From a virus (Duplodnaviria > Heunggongvirae > Uroviricota > Caudoviricetes), in IMG/VR virus record IMGVR_UViG_2881684137_000004, positions 153,571-217,570 of that record: a stretch of DNA of 64,000 nt. One strand, 5' to 3'. The notes beneath the pieces are model-generated. The model was not told where the DNA came from, did not search any database, and saw nothing but the letters and a program-made list of their open reading frames with translations. Positions 8,714-17,979 of this stretch are shown one piece after another. Position 1 is the first letter of the stretch. Every line of letters begins with the position of its first letter. The translations under genes and the position numbers were made by a program.

Positions 8714-11317
8714 GTGGTGAATTCAATAGGTTTGGATAAGCAATATCATCTTTATAGTGTGGACACAAGCGCCTTTTACAATAATGAAGAAAATAAAATA
8801 CATACTCGAATAAAGAAAAGATTCCTAATTAGAAAAAACCTTAAAGCTTTATTTTCTAAGAAAAATCATACTGAAGATTATAAAAACAAAGTAGGCAGTT
8901 TAATAAAAAGTATAAATAAGAATTTAGAATTCAACAAAAAGAAATTAACCATCGAGTTTGAAAAACACAAGGGAGTAAGAAACCTTATTCCTGAGCATTT
9001 AAAAGCGAGGAATATTGTTTCTTCTTTTGATTCTGTATTAAGTAGAACTTTATCGATTAAACAAAATGATGTTACTAAAGATATTTTGATTGTCCAGACT
9101 TATTATTTTCAAATTTTAAAAGATATTATAGAGAATGGATTTATGTATAACAACGAGAAATACATATGCTTCACTGCTAGTGCAGGACAAATTAGAACTA
9201 AGAAAACGGTTTTTATAAAAGAAAGTGTTTTCGAGGAACATAAGAAATCTCTTATGTGTGGCTTGACTCTTGAAATAATTAACGATTTGGGTGGAGTAAA
9301 CATTAACAAATTTTTAGCTTATTTGGCTCTCTGTAATAGCGCTACAGATCATTGGACGAGCTTTAATATCGAAAAATCTATCGTTGTAGATGATATGGAG
9401 ACAAATGTTAATGCATTGTTTGATCATATCGATGATGAGACTTATCAAATAAGTAGAGAAAAAAGAGAAGTGCTAATCAATCATACTGATGGCTGTGGAA
9501 TGATGTTGCCTTCAGTAAATGACAAATCTTTTATGGTTAGGTTGCCATGGATCAAAGGATTACTCGTTCCATTCCCATTTGATAAATTTATTAACGATGA
9601 AAAAAGAAAAAGGGAAAAAAATGACAAAAAGTTTTGGTTAATTAAAGATATATATGGGCAAGAGCACGATGTAATTAAAGAAGGAATAGAGGTTATCTTC
9701 ACAAAGAGTCAATTCAAAATGTGGAAATACTATTCCAATTGGGAAGATTATATTAATAAATTTCAAGCAAATAATTGTCAAGCTGGGATGTGCAATGAAG
9801 AAGAGGCTTCTATACCTGAGACTAAGATTAACTATCAAATGTTGCAAACACTAACCAGTTTTAGTAATCAGCAGTTAAACACCCTTTGTCAGCCAACCAA
9901 CGATGAAATTACTAAAATCGCTACTGATCGAAAAACAATGCTTAAAGTATTGGGTGTAAACGATTCAAGGACGAATCTAAATTATTATCAATCTGCACTA
10001 AAGATATATCCCGAACTTCTTGCCGACAGTTATAGCAAAGAAATATTAAAACAACTCAAAAAGAAGAAAGTTATAGAAGGAAGAGCTGGAAAATTAAATA
10101 TTAAGGGTAAATATACTTTTATCTGTCCAGATCTATACGCTTTCTGTCAGTTTTTATTCTTAGGAATGGAGAAGCCCACCGGACTACTAAAAGAAGGTGA
10201 GGTGTATTGTTCTTTATATAAAGAAAAGAGTAAATTAGACTGTTTGAGAAGTCCTCATCTTTATAAAGAACATGCTGTCAGATACAATGTAACTGATAGC
10301 AGAATAAGCAAATGGTTTAAAACTAAAGGTTTATATACAAGCTGCCATGATCCTATTAGTAAGATACTAATGTTTGACGTTGATGGAGATAAGTGCCTAG
10401 TTTGTGCAGATGAGAATATTATATCTGTAGCGGAATTAGAAATGAAGGATATCGTACCATTAAACTACAACATGAGAAAAGCAGATCCGAATCAAATTAA
10501 TAATGGTGCTATCTATAAGGGTTTGAAAGATGCATATACCGGAGGAAACATTGGCATCATTAGTAACAATATTACTAAGGTGTGGAACAGCAAAGACATC
10601 AATCTAGATGTAATAAAGATTCTCTGTATGGAGAATAACTTTACAATCGATTATGCTAAAACTCTCTATAAGCCTGTAAGACCGCCAGAAATAGATACAA
10701 AAATAAAAAAATACACTGGAAATAAGAATCCTTACTTTTTCAAATATGCAAAAGAAAAAGATGATAAAGATATCGAAGAAATTAACACTAATACTGTAAA
10801 CAGAATAACCAAGTTAATAAAAAATCCAAGGTTGAATTTCAATGATGAAGGATTGGGCTTGTTTAACTATCGTTTTCTTTTGAGTGACCCAAGTAACAAA
10901 GAAATACATATTGATGAAACAATAGTAAATGAATACAAGAGGCTTGATCAAAAAAAGAAATTCATTCAAATGAAGCCAGATGAGTATGACACAACATTGG
11001 ATGGTGCGTACATCTTTGATGTCATTCGTAATTCTATTCTGGAGATTAACAGAGATATCCATTATGTAGTGGATGTATTAGTAGAGTATCTTTACAACTT
11101 TAAAAAAAGTAATTTTAAAACAACGTTATGGTCAGCATTTGGTGATATTCTATTAAATAATTTATCAAGAAATATTGAGCAGCGGTTTGAAGATGGATAC
11201 ATACAATGCGACTCTTGCGGTTTAAGAATAATAAAACAATCTAATCGACAAAAGATGTGTAAATCTTGTTATAGTGTATCGAATCGAATTAATGCTAAAA
11301 ACAAAAAAAATAAATAA
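8714..11317 (+). CDS. yonO: YonO-family single-subunit DNA-dependent RNA polymerase
   Basis: YSVDTSAFY, TASAGQIRTKK, HTDGCGM, MVRLPWIKG, LRSPHL, catalytic FDVDGD, IDYAKT, C-terminal CxxC..CxxC; exact start uncertain (GTG 8714, ATA 8726 or TTG 8732). Confidence 0.92.
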   Translation: MVNSIGLDKQYHLYSVDTSAFYNNEENKIHTRIKKRFLIRKNLKALFSKKNHTEDYKNKVGSLIKSINKNLEFNKKKLTIEFEKHKGVRNLIPEHLKARNIVSSFDSVLSRTLSIKQNDVTKDILIVQTYYFQILKDIIENGFMYNNEKYICFTASAGQIRTKKTVFIKESVFEEHKKSLMCGLTLEIINDLGGVNINKFLAYLALCNSATDHWTSFNIEKSIVVDDMETNVNALFDHIDDETYQISREKREVLINHTDGCGMMLPSVNDKSFMVRLPWIKGLLVPFPFDKFINDEKRKREKNDKKFWLIKDIYGQEHDVIKEGIEVIFTKSQFKMWKYYSNWEDYINKFQANNCQAGMCNEEEASIPETKINYQMLQTLTSFSNQQLNTLCQPTNDEITKIATDRKTMLKVLGVNDSRTNLNYYQSALKIYPELLADSYSKEILKQLKKKKVIEGRAGKLNIKGKYTFICPDLYAFCQFLFLGMEKPTGLLKEGEVYCSLYKEKSKLDCLRSPHLYKEHAVRYNVTDSRISKWFKTKGLYTSCHDPISKILMFDVDGDKCLVCADENIISVAELEMKDIVPLNYNMRKADPNQINNGAIYKGLKDAYTGGNIGIISNNITKVWNSKDINLDVIKILCMENNFTIDYAKTLYKPVRPPEIDTKIKKYTGNKNPYFFKYAKEKDDKDIEEINTNTVNRITKLIKNPRLNFNDEGLGLFNYRFLLSDPSNKEIHIDETIVNEYKRLDQKKKFIQMKPDEYDTTLDGAYIFDVIRNSILEINRDIHYVVDVLVEYLYNFKKSNFKTTLWSAFGDILLNNLSRNIEQRFEDGYIQCDSCGLRIIKQSNRQKMCKSCYSVSNRINAKNKKNK

Positions 11318-11341
11318 TTTAGTTTTTTTTAGAAAATGATC

Positions 11342-11437
11342 AAAAAAGTCAATAAATATATAGAGTTTTTGCACCTCAAAAACTAAACTTTTCGATTCGC
11401 TCATGTTAAAAAACTCAATGTTATCAACGGTTTTTTG
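11342..11437. repeat. Two 30-bp imperfect-palindromic direct repeats upstream of the late cluster
   Basis: AAAAAAGTCAATAAATATATAGAGTTTTTG (11342-11371) and AAAAAACTCAATGTTATCAACGGTTTTTTG (11408-11437). Confidence 0.5.
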
Positions 11438-11524
11438 ATAATTAGTGCAAAAAACGTAATCGCCTTTAAGGGAAGATAATTGTATCTTACCTAAAAATAA
11501 TAACCTAAAAGGGAGAAATGAAAT

Positions 11525-11803
11525 ATGAACAAAGCAGACTTGATTAAAGCAGCAGCAGTAAAGACAGGTGTAACAAAAAAAGATACTGAAAAAACAGTGG
11601 ATGCAGTACTTGATACAATCGTTGAAGCACTAACATCTGGAGAAAACGTAAAGCTTGTAGGCTTTGGTAATTTTGAAGTACGTGAAACAGCAGCTCGTAA
11701 AGGAAGAAACCCGCAAAGCGGTGAAGAAATTGAAATTCCTGAAAGTCGCAAGACTGCATTTAAAGCAGCTAAAGCATTGAAAGATGCAGTAAAAGGTAGC
11801 TAA
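11525..11803 (+). CDS. hup: HU family DNA-binding protein (YonN-like)
   Basis: [45 protein letters not shown]. Confidence 0.97.
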   Translation: MNKADLIKAAAVKTGVTKKDTEKTVDAVLDTIVEALTSGENVKLVGFGNFEVRETAARKGRNPQSGEEIEIPESRKTAFKAAKALKDAVKGS

Positions 11804-11833
11804 ATAATATTTTATAGTTAAAATACATATATG

Positions 11834-11870
11834 AACAGGTATAGTCCTAACGAGACTATGCCTGTTTCTC
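11834..11870 (+). terminator. Stem-loop after HU gene
   Basis: AACAGGTATAGTC / GACTATGCCTGTT followed by TCTCTT. Confidence 0.6.
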
Positions 11871-11912
11871 TTGAAAATTCGAATACAATTTAACAGTGGG
11901 AGAGATTTATTA

Positions 11913-12122
11913 ATGGCTAAGAGGACACATCAAGTAAGTTTTAAAGGTGAATTTGATTTCGAACGAATGGTCATCGCTGAATATGACAAGAAGACAGAAA
12001 ACACTTCGTTCTATTCGATTAAAGATGCACTGAAGGAATTTGACGGCAAAATTCTAACACTTTCGGCAAAGGAAGAAGACGGTGTTTCATCTGTAGAGGA
12101 AGATGATCTCGAAGAGGATTAG
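11913..12122 (+). CDS. yonK: YonK-like protein
   Basis: MAKRTHQVSFKGEFD..LKEFDGK..KEED; GGGAG RBS; syntenic position. Confidence 0.75.
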   Translation: MAKRTHQVSFKGEFDFERMVIAEYDKKTENTSFYSIKDALKEFDGKILTLSAKEEDGVSSVEEDDLEED

Positions 12123-12126
12123 AACT

Positions 12127-13557
12127 ATGAATAAGAATGAATTATTTGAGATTGGTATAAAAAAACGTAGCGGCCAACTAAGTAAAACATGGAATGAAAT
12201 AGCGGATATTTATACAGACGGTCTATTTACTGGAGAAGGTCTTCGATCTTGGATTAAAAGAGAAATTCCAAAACGAAAAGACGGAAATTCTTCATCGACA
12301 TCTGACATCGATTCTAAGGTTCAAAATGATGATACATCACAATTAAATTATAAAGAGTCAACTGAAATACATAGGGATGGCAGTCAGAGTAGTAACAAGT
12401 TAATTCATCTTGCAACTCATCAGGAAAAAGACCCTCTATACCTCCTACAAGCACACGGTTACGATCCTGAGCAATGGGAGTTAATTACGTCTCGCTCATC
12501 AATTTGGTCTGGATACAGTAAACAAGACGGACAATTTGAGCAGTATGCTTCTAAGATATCAGTAAAACCTAGAAAAGATGATCAAATTGAAGAGTCTGAA
12601 GAATTACGAGTTGCCAAACTGGAACTACAAAAGCAAAAATATCAACTCCAGGAACAACGCAGAGAGTACAACGCTCTAATCAAAACACAGGCTAAGTTTG
12701 AGCATTTAAAAGATGAAGTTGCGATTGCAATCAGCGACTTATCTAAAACAAAACCTCTCACATTTAAACCCTGGAACAATATAGCTTCCAATGTAAAGGC
12801 AAACGTCCTCTGGTCAGATTGGCATGTTGGACAAGAGTTTGAAAACAGTCTTAACTCCTATAGTATCGATATTTTCAAAAGTCGCTTGAGTAGTTTAGTT
12901 TCTCAAACCATTTATTATTGCGAGATTCACAGAGTTGACAATCTGACAATCGGTTGTCTAGGTGATCTGCTTGCAGGCTCCATTCACATTGCAAATCGAG
13001 TACAGTCTAGTGAAGATGTGATTAAACAGATCCAGATTGTGTGCGAAGCAATATCTGAAGCAATTGCTAAGCTTTCTTCGAATTTCAGGACGGTCAATTT
13101 TATTAACATTATTGGCAATCATGCTCGCTTACAAAGCAATAAAACTGAATCATTATTGAATGAAAATTTAGAAAAGTTGATTCCCTGGTACCTCGAAAGT
13201 CGTTTGAGTGATTTTGACAATGTGAAAATCCAATCTGACACAGATGGCTATTTTGTTGATTATGATAATGATGGTGAGCATGTTTATGTACATGGTGATT
13301 TAGATCATGTGGCAAGTGCTGCAAAGTCCCTTCCTCAAGTGCTAGGATTTGTTCCTAAATACATATTCTCAGGTCATATTCATCATTATTCACTTAAAGA
13401 GCATGGTACAACAACAGTGATTTCCAATGGAAGTCTGATTGGCCCGGATGACTATGCCGTTGGAAAGCGATTCAGTGCAGAGTCAATGCAGCTCATGCAT
13501 GTTTTTAACGAAGATAAAAAAATTGAGTACAGCATCCCTATTTATTTAAAAGATTAG
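12127..13557 (+). CDS. yonJ: YonJ-like calcineurin-like metallophosphoesterase with coiled coil
   Basis: SDWHVG, LGDL, GNHAR, VHGD, GHIHH, NGSLIG.DDYA. Confidence 0.85.
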   Translation: MNKNELFEIGIKKRSGQLSKTWNEIADIYTDGLFTGEGLRSWIKREIPKRKDGNSSSTSDIDSKVQNDDTSQLNYKESTEIHRDGSQSSNKLIHLATHQEKDPLYLLQAHGYDPEQWELITSRSSIWSGYSKQDGQFEQYASKISVKPRKDDQIEESEELRVAKLELQKQKYQLQEQRREYNALIKTQAKFEHLKDEVAIAISDLSKTKPLTFKPWNNIASNVKANVLWSDWHVGQEFENSLNSYSIDIFKSRLSSLVSQTIYYCEIHRVDNLTIGCLGDLLAGSIHIANRVQSSEDVIKQIQIVCEAISEAIAKLSSNFRTVNFINIIGNHARLQSNKTESLLNENLEKLIPWYLESRLSDFDNVKIQSDTDGYFVDYDNDGEHVYVHGDLDHVASAAKSLPQVLGFVPKYIFSGHIHHYSLKEHGTTTVISNGSLIGPDDYAVGKRFSAESMQLMHVFNEDKKIEYSIPIYLKD

Positions 13558-13591
13558 AGAAGAAAAAATTTTCGCATTTGCAGGTGAAACA

Positions 13592-14317
13592 ATGATTGAA
13601 GAAATGTTATATGGGATTATCTATAAAATTACTAATAAAATCAATAATAAATGTTATATCGGACTTACAAGAAAAACCCTAGGTGAACGTATTACGCAAC
13701 ATTTATATACTTGTAGAGCAAAGAAAAGAAAGAAACACAAAATACATTATGCTATCAATAAATATGGTGTTGATAATTTTTTATTTGAAGAGATTGATCA
13801 GGCATTTAGTCTAGATGAATTAAATAAAAAAGAAATTTTACATATTAAAACTCATGATTCTATTGCAAATGGATACAATATTCTCGAAGGTGGAGGAATA
13901 GATGGACATTTAATCTGGCTAGGCAGAACACACTCTGAAGAAACAAAAAGAAAAATCTCGAAAGCTCATATGGGGAAAACTTTTTCTAAAGAAACAAGGT
14001 TAAAGATATCCAAAACGAGAAAAGATAGAAAACTCGGTCAATTACCAGGTAAAGATCATCATAGTAGTGTAGAAATTGTACAGTTAGATAAGGATACATT
14101 AGAATTAATTGATATATATGATGCAGCGGCTCAAGCAGAAATTAAATATAGTAAAAACAAAACTCGTTCTGGAGCTATACATAATGTAGTTAGCAAAAAT
14201 AAAAGCTCTCGTACAGCCTATGGATTTAAATGGTTAAAGAAGATCGACTATGATCAAATAAAGAATCATATTAATGAAAATTTATATCTTGAATTAGTAA
14301 CCAAAATTCGTTCTTAA
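13592..14317 (+). CDS. Free-standing GIY-YIG homing endonuclease with NUMOD3/NUMOD1 repeats
   Basis: GIIYKITN..KCYIG..R; GYNI..GG; HSEETKRKISKAH and SKETRLKISK; AYGFKW. Confidence 0.9.
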   Translation: MIEEMLYGIIYKITNKINNKCYIGLTRKTLGERITQHLYTCRAKKRKKHKIHYAINKYGVDNFLFEEIDQAFSLDELNKKEILHIKTHDSIANGYNILEGGGIDGHLIWLGRTHSEETKRKISKAHMGKTFSKETRLKISKTRKDRKLGQLPGKDHHSSVEIVQLDKDTLELIDIYDAAAQAEIKYSKNKTRSGAIHNVVSKNKSSRTAYGFKWLKKIDYDQIKNHINENLYLELVTKIRS

Positions 14318-14339
14318 TTATTTTATCGTATGTAGGTGC

Positions 14340-14670
14340 AGTTAAGAAAGGACAAAGTTTTATATGGGACAGAGAATATGGCCTTACCGATATTCTCCAT
14401 TCAACAATTGTAAAATAACGTTTTCCCCGTTAAGGGGCGCATTACAAACAAGGGTGAGACTGACACCTATTCAGTCATTTTTAGTCTTTCGCCATAAGAC
14501 GCGAACGATACAATTGGTGTTTCGCCACCATAAGACGCGAGCTTTAAAATATATCGCGGAAGGGCAACTCGCGCGTACCCGCTTGGGGGCACCCACACCG
14601 ATTGGGTGAAAAATAATTCCTTTCCTATCCCACAGGGAGATGATCTCTGTCGCTGCCTTTATCCTTAACT
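14340..14670 (+). ncRNA. Candidate structured RNA or RNA cluster with tandem pseudoknot-like modules
   Basis: Possible closing helix AGTTAAG.AAAGG / CCTTT..CTTAACT; several hairpins; three stem-plus-loop-pairing modules; GC-richer than flanks. Confidence 0.5.
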
Positions 14671-14720
14671 TTAAGTCAAGTAAGACCTTTCAGCTAAACC
14701 GTAATCCGTTGTAATAGTTT

Positions 14721-14795
14721 AGGTGTCCATGTTCCAAGGTTTGGCGATACGATCTCCAAAATCGCATGTGACAGGTTCAATTCCTGTGCCACCTG
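14721..14795 (+). tRNA. tRNA-Trp(CCA), atypical
   Basis: Acceptor AGGTGTC/GCCACCT, anticodon loop CTCCAAA (CCA 14756-14758), T-arm ACAGG-TTCAATT-CCTGT, discriminator G, no encoded CCA. Confidence 0.8.
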
Positions 14796-14821
14796 TTTTT
14801 TATAGTTAGCGAGGTGACCAA

Positions 14822-15124
14822 ATGACTGAAAAAGAGAATTGGGATAGCGAATCAGACGACAATGAGTTTGGTGACACCTTTTTATCTGAGGAAGCTTCAG
14901 GCAATATAAATATGATTATCATCCCTGATTATAGTCACGATAAAGATGAGTTCATACATACGTGTTTGAGGGTGCTATCTAGATGTAAGACCAATGATGA
15001 TGCCCTGGAGTTACTTAATAAATTTTATAATCAAATTCACATGATTGCGACTATCCAAGCTGAGTCTGAAGCAATCCAAGACAGAGCTGAAAATCTGCGT
15101 TTTCTAGTCGAAGAAATACTATGA
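14822..15124 (+). CDS. Acidic hypothetical protein
   Basis: GAGGTG RBS; 100 aa ORF. Confidence 0.7.
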   Translation: MTEKENWDSESDDNEFGDTFLSEEASGNINMIIIPDYSHDKDEFIHTCLRVLSRCKTNDDALELLNKFYNQIHMIATIQAESEAIQDRAENLRFLVEEIL

Positions 15125-15325
15125 AAATCTAATTTTATCTATATTAAAATGCTTGAAACTTTCGGATTGAGGACATTGATCTTCAATCTCTTTGTTTTGT
15201 GCATTTGCACAAAATAACAAACAAGTTTAAATCTCTAAATTAATTTTAGTGATTACAGGTGAACCTCTCCCTTCGCCTGTTCTTGCTTTTGTTATTAAAT
15301 AAATTATTTGGGAGATGAAGTACAA

Positions 15326-16216
15326 ATGAAGAAGAAAGAAGACATAATTAAAAAAAGATGTATTACATGCAATACTGAAAAAGTAGCAAATACTGCATTT
15401 TACATGTCCAACAACGATTTTCATAAGATTGATAAGAGATTCCCAGTTTGTAAAGGATGCGTAAAAAAAACAATCGACTTTACAAATCTAAACACTCTAT
15501 ACGATATATTGCAACAGATGAACAGACCGTTTCTGATAGAAGTGTGGGAAGCAGCAATATCAGAAGCAGAAAGAAACGACAGGGAACTGTTCGGATTATA
15601 CCTCAAGTCAGTTTTGCTCAACCACAAGAGTTTAAATTGGAATGATAGTGTTTTCGATAAAAATATAAGCGATATTCAGAAATCAGATGATTTTAATAAG
15701 AACACAGACATTAGCTTTACCGTGACAAGAGAAATGATTATTAGATGGGGCTCAAACTATGAACCAGAAGATTACATGAACCTGGAGGACTTTTACACCA
15801 GGATGCAATTATCTAATAAAATTGAAACTCCGCAAGAAGAAGCTTATTTAAAAAAATTGGCAGTAATCTCATTAAAAATGGATAAAGAATTGGTTGCAGG
15901 CAAGTATTCACAAGTAAAACAGCTTGGAGATCTCTTTTCAAAATATATGGCTGACAGTAAATTTAGAGCGTCTGATAAAACAGATGCGGACAAATCTGGT
16001 GGCATTAGAAATTTTGGCACTATATATGCTGAAGTTGAAAAGGACAGTCATATTCCCCCTTGGGAAGAATTTAGACTTGTTAAAAACATTTCACAAGATT
16101 TGATTGATAAAACTATTATGCATATTGAAAACTTCACTCTAAGACTTAATAAAATTGAACGTATGACTACGCCTCCTGATGATACTCCGAAGCTTCAAGA
16201 GGAATTAGAACAATGA
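15326..16216 (+). CDS. YonG-like Zn-finger protein, candidate terminase small subunit
   Basis: CITC..FY.S..PVCKGC; ATGA overlap with terminase large subunit. Confidence 0.6.
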   Translation: MKKKEDIIKKRCITCNTEKVANTAFYMSNNDFHKIDKRFPVCKGCVKKTIDFTNLNTLYDILQQMNRPFLIEVWEAAISEAERNDRELFGLYLKSVLLNHKSLNWNDSVFDKNISDIQKSDDFNKNTDISFTVTREMIIRWGSNYEPEDYMNLEDFYTRMQLSNKIETPQEEAYLKKLAVISLKMDKELVAGKYSQVKQLGDLFSKYMADSKFRASDKTDADKSGGIRNFGTIYAEVEKDSHIPPWEEFRLVKNISQDLIDKTIMHIENFTLRLNKIERMTTPPDDTPKLQEELEQ

Positions 16217-17961
16217 CTTCACATAAAAATTATAGTCAAAAAATAAGAAGTGAACTAGATGCTCCTGCTTTTTCTTCCCCTGAATCTGTTGAGCGATTGA
16301 AGATTAACGATCAAATGATTAAAAGTTTTGATCAAGCAAAAGAAAAATGGAGGATGTATTGTAGCTATTTTCGTCATTATCCAGATCACTTTTTAGATTT
16401 CATTTCTGATCCTTCTTCTAAAATCAAACCATATTTTTATCAACGAGTTTACTTGCGCATAATGCTCAGATATAGAAAAGTTTATTTAACCGCAACACGC
16501 GGCACATCAAAAAGCTATCTTCAAAATCTTGCATACGTACTAAAATGTATTTTTTACCCGAAAACAAGACTGTTTATTTGTGCTCCAGGTAAAGAGCAGG
16601 CGACAAAAATCGTGGCAGAGAAACTAGATGAGATTTTTGACCATTATCCTTTATTGAAAAATGAAGTTAAGGATATAAGTCTTCAAAAGGACTATATTCG
16701 CATTATTTTTCATAATGGATCAAGATATGATGTTGTACAAATGACTGATGCTGCTCGTGGTGGTCGTCGCTATGGTGGAGCAATCGAAGAAATAGCGGAT
16801 AAAAAATTTAATGGGGACATTCTAAATTCAGTTGTTATTCCTTTAATGGCGAATAACAGATCATCAATGAATGGCAAAGTCGATCCACATGAGATTCATA
16901 AAAGCGAAATTTATATAACAACCGCAGGTACTCAACAACAATTTGCATTTGAAAAGCTACTTGAAGTTTATAAGGAAATGTTAGAAGGCAAGTCGGCATT
17001 CTGTATAGGAAATTCATACGAACTTCCTTGTGATTACGATCAACTTGATATTGACTTTGTTGAAGCTCTCCGCGATTCACCAACGTATTCAATTATGGAT
17101 TTCATGCGCGAGTACGAATCAATTTGGACAGGTTCTAGTTCTGATAGTCTTGTCTCAGATGACAAACTAAATAAAACGAGAGTTGTTGGTATTGCTGAAT
17201 GGGAGCATTGCGGAGATGAAAATGTAATATATGTCCTCTCTTACGATGTAAGTAGAAACGAAGGAGATGAAAATGCCTTATCTTGCTTAGTGGTTTTTAA
17301 ACTCACACCAAAGAGCAATGGAAACTATACGAAGGAAGTTGTTAACATCTTTTCTATGGAGGGGCAACATAGCACTTTACAAGCTAAATTTCTAAAAGAA
17401 AAAGTAAAAGAGTTCAAATCTAGGATTTTAGTGATTGATGCAAATGGACTTGGTGTCTCAGTAGTTGACCAACTAGTATTAGACCTGAGTGATGGTAACC
17501 CCCCTTATGCAGTAGTAAATGATGATCGATATGACAAATACAACACCGCGGAAAGTATCCCGATGGTTTTTGCTTTAAAATCACAAAATAAAGAAACACG
17601 AGAAAGTGATATGATAAATCATTTAATGCAAGTGTTTTCTAAAATGGACATAGGGCTACTTAAATCAGCTCATGAGGGAATTAAAGATTATGAGAAAAAA
17701 CATAAGAAAGTTAAAAATTCAGAAGAACGCTCTACTTTGGAAATTCCTTATGTTCTAACAGATATCTTATGTGAAGAGATAATGAATTTGAGATATAAAC
17801 AAAATGGAAACGATACGAAGGTTGAACGAATATCTACACGAATAAAAAAAGATAAGTATTCTGCTCTATTGTATGGTCTCTATTGGATATATTTAGAAGA
17901 ACAGAAGAATAAAGTTATACCTCAAGATAATTCAAACTTCTTAGATTATCTTTATGTTTAA
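16213..17961 (+). CDS. Terminase large subunit (YonF-like)
   Basis: YFYQR, ATRGTSKS, APGKEQA, RGGRR..IEE, ITTAG; nuclease YDVSR, IDANGLG, KDKYSA. Confidence 0.92.
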   Translation: MTSHKNYSQKIRSELDAPAFSSPESVERLKINDQMIKSFDQAKEKWRMYCSYFRHYPDHFLDFISDPSSKIKPYFYQRVYLRIMLRYRKVYLTATRGTSKSYLQNLAYVLKCIFYPKTRLFICAPGKEQATKIVAEKLDEIFDHYPLLKNEVKDISLQKDYIRIIFHNGSRYDVVQMTDAARGGRRYGGAIEEIADKKFNGDILNSVVIPLMANNRSSMNGKVDPHEIHKSEIYITTAGTQQQFAFEKLLEVYKEMLEGKSAFCIGNSYELPCDYDQLDIDFVEALRDSPTYSIMDFMREYESIWTGSSSDSLVSDDKLNKTRVVGIAEWEHCGDENVIYVLSYDVSRNEGDENALSCLVVFKLTPKSNGNYTKEVVNIFSMEGQHSTLQAKFLKEKVKEFKSRILVIDANGLGVSVVDQLVLDLSDGNPPYAVVNDDRYDKYNTAESIPMVFALKSQNKETRESDMINHLMQVFSKMDIGLLKSAHEGIKDYEKKHKKVKNSEERSTLEIPYVLTDILCEEIMNLRYKQNGNDTKVERISTRIKKDKYSALLYGLYWIYLEEQKNKVIPQDNSNFLDYLYV

Positions 17962-17979
17962 AGGAAAGTAGGTGAAAAT

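Noticed and set aside
14495-14533. tmRNA-like resume context (TAAGAC GCG AAC GAT.., peptide ANDTIGVSPP-stop) amid pseudoknots
   Set aside because: No tRNA-like acceptor or T-arm ends and the tag lacks the hydrophobic/Ala-Ala terminus; probably coincidence.
14364-14609. 81-aa ORF over the structured region
   Set aside because: Poorly spaced RBS and atypical composition; the sequence is better explained by base pairing.
13558-14720. GIY-YIG gene as part of a second group I intron
   Set aside because: No P7 R/S elements found and flanking genes appear complete; treated as free-standing.
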